Assembly (NCBI GenBank): GCA_009602725.1
Contig: WELB01000007.1
Span: 463,713 to 483,712 of the forward strand
Reading direction: 5' to 3'
From: Spirogloea muscicola
Lineage: Eukaryota
DNA length: 20,000 nucleotides
Shown: positions 1-9,216 of the stretch, one piece after another
How the letters are laid out: each line of letters opens with the position of its first letter
How positions within the stretch are numbered: the first letter of the stretch is position 1
The notes under the pieces: model-generated
Database searches by the model: none
Told to the model about the DNA's origin: nothing
The model's input: the letters and a program-made list of their open reading frames with translations, nothing else
Translations under genes and position numbers: made by a program

Positions 1-309
1 CAACAGAAGTCAACCTGTTAACCTCCTCCGCCTGCCCCCAAGAAACACAGTAGCGCAAGAATACATGACTAAGGGATTCCCATGCTGCCAATGACAGTTA
101 CAAGTGGAGAATGCTCCATATGAGCATGCCGAGGCAAACTATGAGATGCGTGACAGACGAATGCCTCTTCGAATCAGTCCCACAGCCGTGACCCAAACTT
201 GAGGGCCAACTCCAAGGTAATATACAAGCGACTGAAGTGTCTGTAAGAAAGGACACCAGGAGACAGGCGTCATTGAGCAGGTGTTGGGACTATGTATCAT
301 CACAGGCCA

Positions 310-2967
310 TCAGTGAGGCTTCGGAATGTGGCCATCCACAGCAAAGTTCCGTGTAGCTGCCGAACAGACAAAGACATCTGTCAGGTGGGGAGGCTTACAA
401 GCTGCTCTAATCCAAAGATTAAACAAATGTGCAAGGGATGCACTTCATATAGGAGCAGCAGGGCAGCTCAACACAAGAGGAGCTTCTGAGAGCTACAATC
501 GTTGTGCCTTACATACACGCGTACCAGCTGGAAGCGCCAAGCGCAGGCCATCAAACTCCTTGCTGGCGATGACTTGGCAACCTAAGCGCGACCTGAAAGA
601 AAGAAGGACGACATGCAAGTGCTTGCTTCAAAAACCGTATGGCCACCTAAGCAAACACACATCTCTCCAATGCTTCAGCAGATGGTGATCACCTCAGAGT
701 AGATGAACCACTCTATCCTAGACCCTATACTTTGAATGCCCAATGCAAGACAGCATCGGGATAGGGGACTCAACCATTGACCTCCTGCAGCTTGTTGCTT
801 AAGGACACATTTGTGAAATGGTCGGTCCAGCAAGACACGCGCATCACGTCACATCTCATGCTGGCAAGGTGACTCACGTCTCACACAGTCCAAATGCAAG
901 GTCGAGCATGTCGTTCTCCTCATCTGATGGCTCCTCCATCTTCTGGAAGTACTCCTCATCCTGCAACACGCTCATCACACTACCCAAGTTAGGCTTCCTT
1001 GCAGGCCCTATCCCGGCTACCCGCGACAGCACAAGCAGATGGGCTTGTAGTGTCTGCTGCACAGCGCGGGCTCCCATTGCGCAGGGCATGTTGCGGCGGT
1101 ATTTAACCTAATACCCCACTCTAGCCGAGGTTCAAGCTGATGACGCCGCTCACACTCTGCGGATACATTCAGCCTCGCAACCGGGTCGATCGAAGTTGCG
1201 CGGATAGTTTGATCCAGCTTGCTTGATCCAGGCAAAGGAGCTACTTGAAGCATTCAGTCTCTCACCATGACAATCACATGGCAAGTGGAGCAGGCCAGAG
1301 ATCCTTCGCAAGCTCCTGCAGTGCAGGACAAAGAAGCTGGGTATCAGCAAAGCAAACCTGTAGCACGCAAAGCTGTTCTTTAGCTTGATATCGTTTGAGT
1401 TCGACAGAACTACTCACCAGAGGAGCTTTGTTGCTATATAGAGCAAGCATTGACAGACTTTGACAAAGAAGCCATCCCAAGCTCCTAGTTTAAGACCCCT
1501 TCAATCCTCAACCCTGGATCTACTCAACCCTGAAGGCACAAGCTGTCGCCGAGATTGTGCCAATGAAGCGAAACCTAGCCTCCGTGGGTCAAATGAGGCC
1601 AGATCTTAGTCATTGCGACGTCTCTCTGGGGGACCGCCTTCGTCGCCACTGTCAGGGCGTCAAGGACGAGAGCCGAGGCTTCCCAATCATTCAACACTCC
1701 TAGAAGAGCGAACACATCATATAGAGTTGCACGAGCAAGGCTGCCTTACATCGCGATCGAATTCCTGAACTCTTCAGCCTGAGTCTCCTTTGCATCTCAC
1801 GCTCCAGATTTGAGCTACTCTACTTAACCTCAATTACTCCAACGGTAACGCACCACCCTAGCCTCTGGTGACCCCCCCAGGTATTGCTTCAATAGTTGCT
1901 TGAGTTGGTGCCATCTTGTAAGAGTTCGTGTGAACATATTACAACCTCATCTTCCTCTTTCCGCCGACAAAGGACTGCCAATGTGAGGGCAAAGAGTCCC
2001 ACCCTCCAGGTCGATGTCGTTCTGATGAGCTGCTTCAAGCATGGACATGCCGAGGGGCACGCGAACGTGCTGTTCCCTGCCAGCCTTGTCCACAAACGTG
2101 ACGCCGATGCTGCAGCAAAGTAGCAGCAGAATGAGATGGGCCAACAATGTGCAGGGCAGAGCTCAGCCAGGTCAGCGAGCCTGCTGCGTACATGAGCCCA
2201 GAGGTCTCACAACTCCAAGCTGACACTCAATATTTTGGGTTCAGAGCATCAAGGGCTTCAAACCTCAGTCTACCGACTGCATCTCTATGACTTTTTACAT
2301 GTAAGTTTAAGTTTGTAAGTGGTTGGGTGTTGCTTCCAAGGCTTCTGGTTAATGGCAGAGCCACAAGCCTGTCCGCTTGAGATCACGCAGCACTCTAAGT
2401 ATATGCAGTTCAACATCCGGCATGCGGTGTTTCGGATGAGACTTTGGGACTTAGGAATCAGCTGGCCAATCGTCAGACCGCCGAAATTCACCTACGTCTC
2501 TGTCTCCACCTGAGGCGGCCCAATGCCTGAGTGGGCGCGCCGCTGCTCCGGCCATTGGCTGCCGCCGCGGCCACCTGCAGCGGACGAGCGACGGTGATCA
2601 CTGCGACACGGCTGGGCAGCCTCAGCGCTTGAGAGGAGCTTACTCGCAAATGCTTCGACCATAATTCATCAGGCACTGCTGCAGAAGCTAGACACCTACC
2701 CCCAAACTTCACTGGATCGCAGGGCTGGATTTTCACGCTAGCTGGTGTTGATGTGGAATGACACCGTCTGGCGGCGATCGCTTCTCAGCCCGCTGATTGC
2801 CGTTTCTCATCCGGCTGCCTTGGAGACATCAGCAACTCGATTCTGACGAATGAGATAGTATTGTTGAACGCTCACAGGCGCTGGTGACGAGCGAGGTGGT
2901 CCAGTGGTGCGCCAAGGCGGCAGCGCCGGCAGGCGCCGCCGCACGGCCGAGCAGCCGCCGCGGCCAT
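310..2967 (-). CDS. Mitochondrial adrenodoxin-type [2Fe-2S] ferredoxin (MFDX/Yah1/FDX2-like), 7 exons, about 183 aa
   Basis: Phase-consistent GT-AG exons on the minus strand: 2967-2876 and 2600-2496 (tentative Arg/Ala-rich presequence; an acceptor at 2574 with the start in the gap is an alternative), 2109-2003 (IGVTFVDKAGREQHVRVPLGMSMLEAAHQNDIDLEG), 1315-1266 (ACEGSLACSTCHVIVM), 960-878 (DEEYFQKMEEPSDEENDMLDLAFGLCET), 592-525 (SRLGCQVIASKEFDGLRLALPA), 356-310 (ATRNFAVDGHIPKPH*). The adrenodoxin motif C-x5-C-x2-C plus SRLGCQ is present. The two 5' exons are less certain than the core. Confidence 0.93.
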
Positions 2968-3015
2968 GGCTCTCGCGGCCGGCCTCGTCCGGCGGGGTCC
3001 GCCTGGGGCTCGCCG

Positions 3016-3943
3016 NNNNNNNNNNNNNNNNNNNNNNNNNNNNNNNNNNNNNNNNNNNNNNNNNNNNNNNNNNNNNNNNNNNNNNNNNNNNNNNNNNNNN
3101 NNNNNNNNNNNNNNNNNNNNNNNNNNNNNNNNNNNNNNNNNNNNNNNNNNNNNNNNNNNNNNNNNNNNNNNNNNNNNNNNNNNNNNNNNNNNNNNNNNNN
3201 NNNNNNNNNNNNNNNNNNNNNNNNNNNNNNNNNNNNNNNNNNNNNNNNNNNNNNNNNNNNNNNNNNNNNNNNNNNNNNNNNNNNNNNNNNNNNNNNNNNN
3301 NNNNNNNNNNNNNNNNNNNNNNNNNNNNNNNNNNNNNNNNNNNNNNNNNNNNNNNNNNNNNNNNNNNNNNNNNNNNNNNNNNNNNNNNNNNNNNNNNNNN
3401 NNNNNNNNNNNNNNNNNNNNNNNNNNNNNNNNNNNNNNNNNNNNNNNNNNNNNNNNNNNNNNNNNNNNNNNNNNNNNNNNNNNNNNNNNNNNNNNNNNNN
3501 NNNNNNNNNNNNNNNNNNNNNNNNNNNNNNNNNNNNNNNNNNNNNNNNNNNNNNNNNNNNNNNNNNNNNNNNNNNNNNNNNNNNNNNNNNNNNNNNNNNN
3601 NNNNNNNNNNNNNNNNNNNNNNNNNNNNNNNNNNNNNNNNNNNNNNNNNNNNNNNNNNNNNNNNNNNNNNNNNNNNNNNNNNNNNNNNNNNNNNNNNNNN
3701 NNNNNNNNNNNNNNNNNNNNNNNNNNNNNNNNNNNNNNNNNNNNNNNNNNNNNNNNNNNNNNNNNNNNNNNNNNNNNNNNNNNNNNNNNNNNNNNNNNNN
3801 NNNNNNNNNNNNNNNNNNNNNNNNNNNNNNNNNNNNNNNNNNNNNNNNNNNNNNNNNNNNNNNNNNNNNNNNNNNNNNNNNNNNNNNNNNNNNNNNNNNN
3901 NNNNNNNNNNNNNNNNNNNNNNNNNNNNNNNNNNNNNNNNNNN
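3016..3943. other. Assembly gap (N run)
   Basis: 928 Ns. Confidence 0.99.
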
Positions 3944-4268
3944 TGCAGCGGTCCCTAGCTTTTGCGGTCCACTTGCGCGCAGGCCGCGCTCTGGCGGCGG
4001 CCTCCGGCTTCCGTCAGGGCGACATCTTTCCGCCTGCTAGCTACTCAGACTTGCATCTACTGACGAGAGGTTACTGAGAGTTCGCTTACTGCTGTCTCAG
4101 TCCTTAGCACTCCGACTCCTTCAGACCTTGTCCATTCTTTTGGGCTGGCCTCTCCCAGCCACCAGTTAATCTGGCCGCGCTTGCTCTTTCTTTTTTTTGG
4201 CTTTGGACATTGTCCATTCTTTTTTGGTTCTGGCTTTGCCAGCCCCTCTTCTCTATTGGCGCGCACTT
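3944..4268 (+). mobile_element. 3' end of a CRE-like (RLE) non-LTR retrotransposon: ORF C-terminus plus 3' UTR with two hairpin modules
   Basis: Translates QRSLAFAVHLRAGRALAAASGFRQGDIFPPASYSDLHLLTRGY* (stop ends at 4077), homologous to other copies in the window. UTR hairpins at 4143-4160 and about 4230-4242. Segment 4200-4266 is nearly the reverse complement of 18630-18695. Confidence 0.75.
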
Positions 4269-4752
4269 CTTTCTCTACAAATGTCCTGTTACCACCACAA
4301 CTCGGCAGTGAATCAGCCTCGTGTGCGGTGAATGCAGTTGCCTTGTGCGCCCTTTGGGACCCGGTGTCCATTTGTTCTGAGCTGGAACAGCTCATAGCAT
4401 CTGGTCACCTCCATGCTGAATTGATCACGAATGAATATTTATTTCCTTCTTTCCATACATGCCTTGTGACATGCCTTCGCTGAAGAAACCATCCACAAGG
4501 TCACACACGTCGCAGACAGACTGCGCCCCGGGCCGCCCCCGCCTTGCCCGCCGCGACTTCCGCCGCGCGCAGCGCCGCCGCCTCCGGCGCCTCGCGCGTC
4601 CGGCACGGAGGCGAAGGTGGCGGCGCCGTCAAAAGGAAGTGCCAAGCTGACGCCGGAGGCCGTGGTCGCCGCAGCAGTGCGGCCGCGGCGCTCCCCACGC
4701 TCAGTCCCTTGGGACGCCCACTTGGGCGCGGGCGTGGGGACGGCCCGCCGCC

Positions 4753-6852
4753 ATGGCGACGTGGAGCCCCTACGACAACAACGGCGGGTGAGGGCTGCCG
4801 CAGGCTCTCGAGCTCCCAGCGTCCGCTGCAGGCCTGTCCCAGGAGCTGCAGCAGCAGTGTGACGACGGCGATGGCGTCACAGGCCCGTGCATGTCAGGAC
4901 CGTCTGAGCGGACATGTCGGTGTAGAGGCCCTCTTTTGCGTCAGCTGTTCCCAGACGCTAATTACTGAGCCCTGCTCGAGGCTGCACCACCTCGCCCAAG
5001 CAAGAGCCTGAGGGTCTCGAGAGTGTCCCAGCTCATTTGTGCGCGCGCTGGCAGGACGTGTGTGGCCATCGCTGGCGCGGACTACGCCGTCGTCGCGGCT
5101 GACACGCGCATGTCCACGGGCTTCAGCATCCTCACCCGCTCCGACTCCAAAATTTACCAGCTGTAAGCGCTCCCACACCTGTGCGAGCGAGCCAGTCGTC
5201 GTACAAATCAGATGCAGGACGCTCTGTACAGCATCTCAGTGCTATAGCTAGGATTGAAAGAAGGATGCCAGAATTTGGGATATCTAGACTTTAGGGATGA
5301 AGCTGCTGCACCGGGCCCTGGAACCCTGACCCACTTGCTCACCGGGCACCTAGGGCTTGACAATTAGCGCACTGGGCCGTCAGTGGAAAGGTCCATGCTA
5401 AGAACCGTGTCCAGCGACGCGGCAATCACCACTGCAGGTCGGACAAGGCGATCCTTGCCACGGGGGGCTTCATGGCGGACCGGAGGACGCTGCAGAAGAA
5501 CCTCAACGTGCGGCACCAGGTGAGAGCGAGTCGCCTGTCATGGACCGCCTGCTGAGTATCCTGGGCTGTTCGCTGCTGCCTCTGAGGTGGGCTCTGCACC
5601 AGCTTAAACAGGGGGTGGGGAGAAGCTCTCGACTCTGTCTCCTGCAACTTAAGCAGCAGCTTAAGTCAAAGTGCCAGCATCTATATGGTAGTAAGTCGAG
5701 GTGATAGCATTCATAGCCTTGCTTCATCAACATGCAGCAAAGGATCCAGGCAGCTTGGTCACTCCACACACCGAGCACTTCACTGATTTGTCACGCAGAG
5801 GTCTGAAATATGCAGTTGTATCAGCATCAGCACAAGAAGCAGATGAGCTGCCCGGCCATGGCGCAGCTGCTTTCCAACACGCTGTACTACAAGCGCTTCT
5901 TTCCTTACTACACCTTCAACCTTCTTGCCGGCCTGGACAGCGAGGGTGAGTGAAATCTCCCTCAAGTCTAGGGACAGTCCTTTGCTGGGGCGCGCAGGCC
6001 CTTCAAAATCTCAAGGTCGCTATGACCAGCCAGCTGGGTGTAAAAACGAAATTTGCGGCTCAGCGACCCAAATTGACGGCTTTGCAACTTATTATATCAC
6101 AAATGCGCCAGAGAAGGGGCTCAAATATTAATGGCAGCAAGACTGCTTGGCTGGTCCCTCCAGGCAAGGGCTGTGTGTACACGTACGATGCGATCGGATC
6201 ATATGAGCGATCAGGATACAGCTGCCAGGGGACTGGCCAACAGCTCATCATGCCCGTGCTTGATAACCAGCTCAAAGCAGAAAGCCCCTTGCTTGTACCG
6301 GCCAAGGTTGTGAGAGTCTCTGCACCCGCCAAATGGCGCTGCTTCATAAATGCAACTGCTAGTAGAGCAGTTTGAATAAGACAATGGCAGGAAGTTGTTT
6401 CCCCCTGGTAGATTGCAGGGATATGCAGGCGCACTGATTAGTAGCACCAATACAATGTCGACATAAGTGGCAGCCTCCTGGGACTGACATGTACAAGAAG
6501 TCGTGGTTGTTTTTGTTTGTTGTGCCATGTTCAGATGTCAGTGACACCGCTGACTGAGGACGAGGCTGTGGACCTCGTTAAAGACACGTTCGCATCTGCT
6601 GGCGAACGGGACATCTACACGGCAAGCTCCAAGAGCCCATCTGCAGCTTGTGCCTGTCGCAGTAGCTTGTCCTTGGCCAGAATCTTCTAGAGCATATTAC
6701 TGTGAAAACTAGCAAGTACTTTATTGAGCAGACAGCTGGGGGGTGGTCGTTCTGAATCGCCGATGTGATTGTTGCAGGGTGATGGTGTGGAGATTGTGAT
6801 AATTAATAAGTCGGGCGTGCGTCACGATTATGTTCCCCTTAAGAAGGACTAA
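4753..6852 (+). CDS. PBF1: 20S proteasome subunit beta type-1 (beta-6; PBF1/PSMB1/PRE7), 7 exons, 219 aa
   Basis: Exons 4753-4787 ([12 protein letters not shown]), 5055-5162 ([36 protein letters not shown]), 5438-5519, 5816-5945 ([44 protein letters not shown]), 6164-6306 ([22 protein letters not shown]..), 6535-6621 (..[11 protein letters not shown]), 6778-6852 ([24 protein letters not shown]). All phases join (660 nt). The sequence closely resembles plant PBF1 as I recall it. Confidence 0.96.
6622..6777 (+). other. Non-canonical GC-AG intron (last intron of the proteasome beta-6 gene)
   Basis: The conserved ERDIYT|GD junction requires donor ACG|GCAAGC at 6622 and acceptor TTGCAG|GGT ending at 6777. 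Confidence 0.85.
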
Positions 6853-7199
6853 GCACTGTGCCATGCCTTGATTGATCTGGTGTTCAAATTGCTCCTCCAC
6901 GTCGCCTTTGTTGTGACGCATGCACTTGACCAATTAAACAGTTCATGCGCCACGAAGTCATTTGCTCCTCGACCACAAAAGGCTTGCAAAGGCTCAGCAG
7001 CTCGCCTTGCTATGACTGTCATGACTTCGATCCACTTGACGCGTGAACCGTGGACCGAGCGCAGCACTCTTTGAGGAGGTGATTAAGAGGCGAGGCTCTT
7101 AGCACCGCCCGTGCTCGACTCAGGCTGCCTGGTTCACTGACGGCCTACAACTACTTGCAAGTGGATGAATTGAGGTCAAGCCGAAGTCAAAGAACCCCA

Positions 7200-7465
7200 A
7201 ACCAAGCAAGTATAAAAGAAAATGGCTCTTTCAAATGGGGTGAGGGCTGTGAACAGCCAGCCCGAGAAGGATTTTCACAAGGTCTTAGGGCCGGAAGCGG
7301 TGAGGGATATCACTAAGCAAAGGACCATGTCAGATATCACTCAATGACCTCTACTTAGTCGCCGCAAGTCAGAAAGACTGGCCGCCGGGAAGCAAGAGTA
7401 AAAGCCAGAGGCTGCAGCTAGAGCGCAGCCAGCTCGCAGATGCAGAGCGTGGGCCATTTAGTGGT
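7200..7465 (-). mobile_element. Degenerate 3' end of the same non-LTR retrotransposon family
   Basis: Minus strand reads TLHLRAGCALAAASGFYSCFPAASLSDLRRLSRGH* (stop at 7343-7341), followed by a UTR with a GGGCTG..CAGCCC hairpin at 7244-7263. Confidence 0.7.
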
Positions 7466-7532
7466 GAACCTCGTTGCGGATATTGCAAAGACTTGCAAGC
7501 ACAGGCTTGAGGAAGCTCGCGGCTTGAGCAGA

Positions 7533-7690
7533 AGAAAGGGCTCGCCCATTGAGGATATGGGCTGGAAAAGCCAGCCCAAAAAGAGGGAACAAAGTACGAG
7601 AAGGGGGCCAGGGGAAGCGCTAAGGAAAACAAGCACAACAAGAGACAAAGCAGTTACGTATCACTCAGTAACCTCTGCTAAGCAGGCTCA
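7533..7690 (-). mobile_element. Extreme 3' end (LLSRGY* plus UTR) of the same family; forms an inverted repeat with 7898-8060
   Basis: Minus strand CTG CTT AGC AGA GGT TAC TGA (stop at 7667-7665), with hairpin GGGCTGG-AAAAG-CCAGCCC at 7559-7577. It aligns by eye along its length with 7898-8060. Confidence 0.75.
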
Positions 7691-7694
7691 GCTC

Positions 7695-8060
7695 TCGTCA
7701 CGCCATTGCCCGCCGCTTCCATGGGGAGCCGGTGGACTCCCATGCAGCAGGGTCGCTAGCGCTGGTGTACCGCATGCGCTTGGCCGTCTCGCTGCAGAGG
7801 TCTATGGCCCGCGCGCTGCACCTGCGTGCAGGCAGAGCCCTCGCTGCTGCCTCTGGCTCTGGCCAGGGGACCCGCTGCCAGGAACCCAGTTCTCTGACCT
7901 GAGGCTGCTTAGCAGGGGTTACTGAGTGCTTCGTAGCTGCTTCGCTTCTTTTCTGTGCTTGTTGTTCTTCGTACTTCCCCTGGCCCCTTCTCGTCCTTTG
8001 TACGTTCTTTTCTGGGCTGGCTTTTTCCAGCCCCCATCCTCAATGGGCGAGCCCTTCTCT
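7695..8060 (+). mobile_element. 5'-truncated copy of the CRE-like element (post-RLE region, C-terminus, 3' UTR)
   Basis: Reads AIARRFHGEPVDSHAAGSLALVYRMRLAVSLQRSMARALHLRAGRALAAASG, then after a frameshift FSDLRLLSRGY* (stop ends at 7925). Hairpin GGGCTGG-CTTTTT-CCAGCCC at 8014-8033. Confidence 0.78.
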
Positions 8061-8332
8061 CACCACTGATGTGGTCACCACTGATGTGGTCGACCGCTCC
8101 AACCCGGGGCTTTCTGCCTCGCGGGCTGGCCACGCTGCGGCAAAGGCCGCTCGCAGCAAGGCGGCCAAACACGCCGACCACCCGGCTGCCGACGAGTTCG
8201 TCCCCCTGGCTGTGGACGTGCATGGGGCTCTCGGATCCCACTGGCTCGACCTGTTGGCCAGGCTTGCACGGCGCGCTGTGTCCCGCAGGCGCGGTGAGCC
8301 GGCTGACTTCAACGCCGCTGGCTCGTGGGCTC
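8061..8332 (+). mobile_element. Restriction-like endonuclease (RLE) segment of the same element, open frame running into the assembly gap
   Basis: Reads TDVVTTDVVDRSNPGLSASRAGHAAAKAARSKAAKHADHPAADEFVPLAVDVHGALGSHWLDLLARLARRAVSRRRGEPADFNAAGSWA. The D-V..AA..K..K(Y/H)..F.PLA...G pattern is typical of the RLE C-terminus in CRE-type non-LTR elements. Its end overlaps in homology with the start of the copy at 7695. Confidence 0.72.
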
Positions 8333-8925
8333 NNNNNNNNNNNNNNNNNNNNNNNNNNNNNNNNNNNNNNNNNNNNNNNNNNNNNNNNNNNNNNNNNNNN
8401 NNNNNNNNNNNNNNNNNNNNNNNNNNNNNNNNNNNNNNNNNNNNNNNNNNNNNNNNNNNNNNNNNNNNNNNNNNNNNNNNNNNNNNNNNNNNNNNNNNNN
8501 NNNNNNNNNNNNNNNNNNNNNNNNNNNNNNNNNNNNNNNNNNNNNNNNNNNNNNNNNNNNNNNNNNNNNNNNNNNNNNNNNNNNNNNNNNNNNNNNNNNN
8601 NNNNNNNNNNNNNNNNNNNNNNNNNNNNNNNNNNNNNNNNNNNNNNNNNNNNNNNNNNNNNNNNNNNNNNNNNNNNNNNNNNNNNNNNNNNNNNNNNNNN
8701 NNNNNNNNNNNNNNNNNNNNNNNNNNNNNNNNNNNNNNNNNNNNNNNNNNNNNNNNNNNNNNNNNNNNNNNNNNNNNNNNNNNNNNNNNNNNNNNNNNNN
8801 NNNNNNNNNNNNNNNNNNNNNNNNNNNNNNNNNNNNNNNNNNNNNNNNNNNNNNNNNNNNNNNNNNNNNNNNNNNNNNNNNNNNNNNNNNNNNNNNNNNN
8901 NNNNNNNNNNNNNNNNNNNNNNNNN
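8333..8925. other. Assembly gap (N run)
   Basis: 593 Ns. Confidence 0.99.
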
Positions 8926-9100
8926 GGCCGCGCGGGCCCTCGGCTGCGGGCCGCACTTGCGGCGGCGGCCCCCCGACGGAGGAATGAGGCGCCTCGCGAG
9001 GGCGGCTGCGCGCCGTGGCCTGGCCAAACGTGAGCTCCGTCGCGCCGTGGACATGTAGCGGCGAGGTCGCCGGCCGGCCGTGCGGCGCTGCCATGAGATT

Positions 9101-9127
9101 GCCGCCGCCGCCGCCGCCGCCGCCGCC
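9101..9127. repeat. (GCC)9 microsatellite upstream of RAD16
   Basis: Nine perfect GCC units read directly from the sequence. Confidence 0.9.
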
Positions 9128-9216
9128 GGGCTTTCTGCCGTCGAGGCCAGGCGGGGCCTGGCACTGCGGCTCGCTGAATTCGTAAATTTAGCGCAGGGAC
9201 CATTGCCAGGGTGGTC

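Noticed and set aside
2884..4077. Long ORFs of 330-397 aa in the ORF track
   Set aside because: They are artefacts of translating through the N gap. Only the last 44 or so codons are meaningful (element C-terminus).
4544..5011. Overlapping GC-rich ORFs upstream of and over proteasome exon 1
   Set aside because: These are promoter, 5' UTR and intron sequence. The true frame starts at ATG 4753.
8061..8090. 15-bp tandem repeat CACCACTGATGTGGT x2 as a target-site duplication or CRISPR-like repeat
   Set aside because: There are only two adjacent units with no spacer. It largely reflects the element's own DVVTTDVV coding sequence, also seen at 18358-18385 on the minus strand.
8926..9094. Possible minus-strand gene start divergent from RAD16 (MSTARRSSRLARPRR.. 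or MAAPHGRP..)
   Set aside because: No recognisable domain, and no downstream exons beyond the gap. GC-rich DNA yields such Arg/Ala frames by chance.
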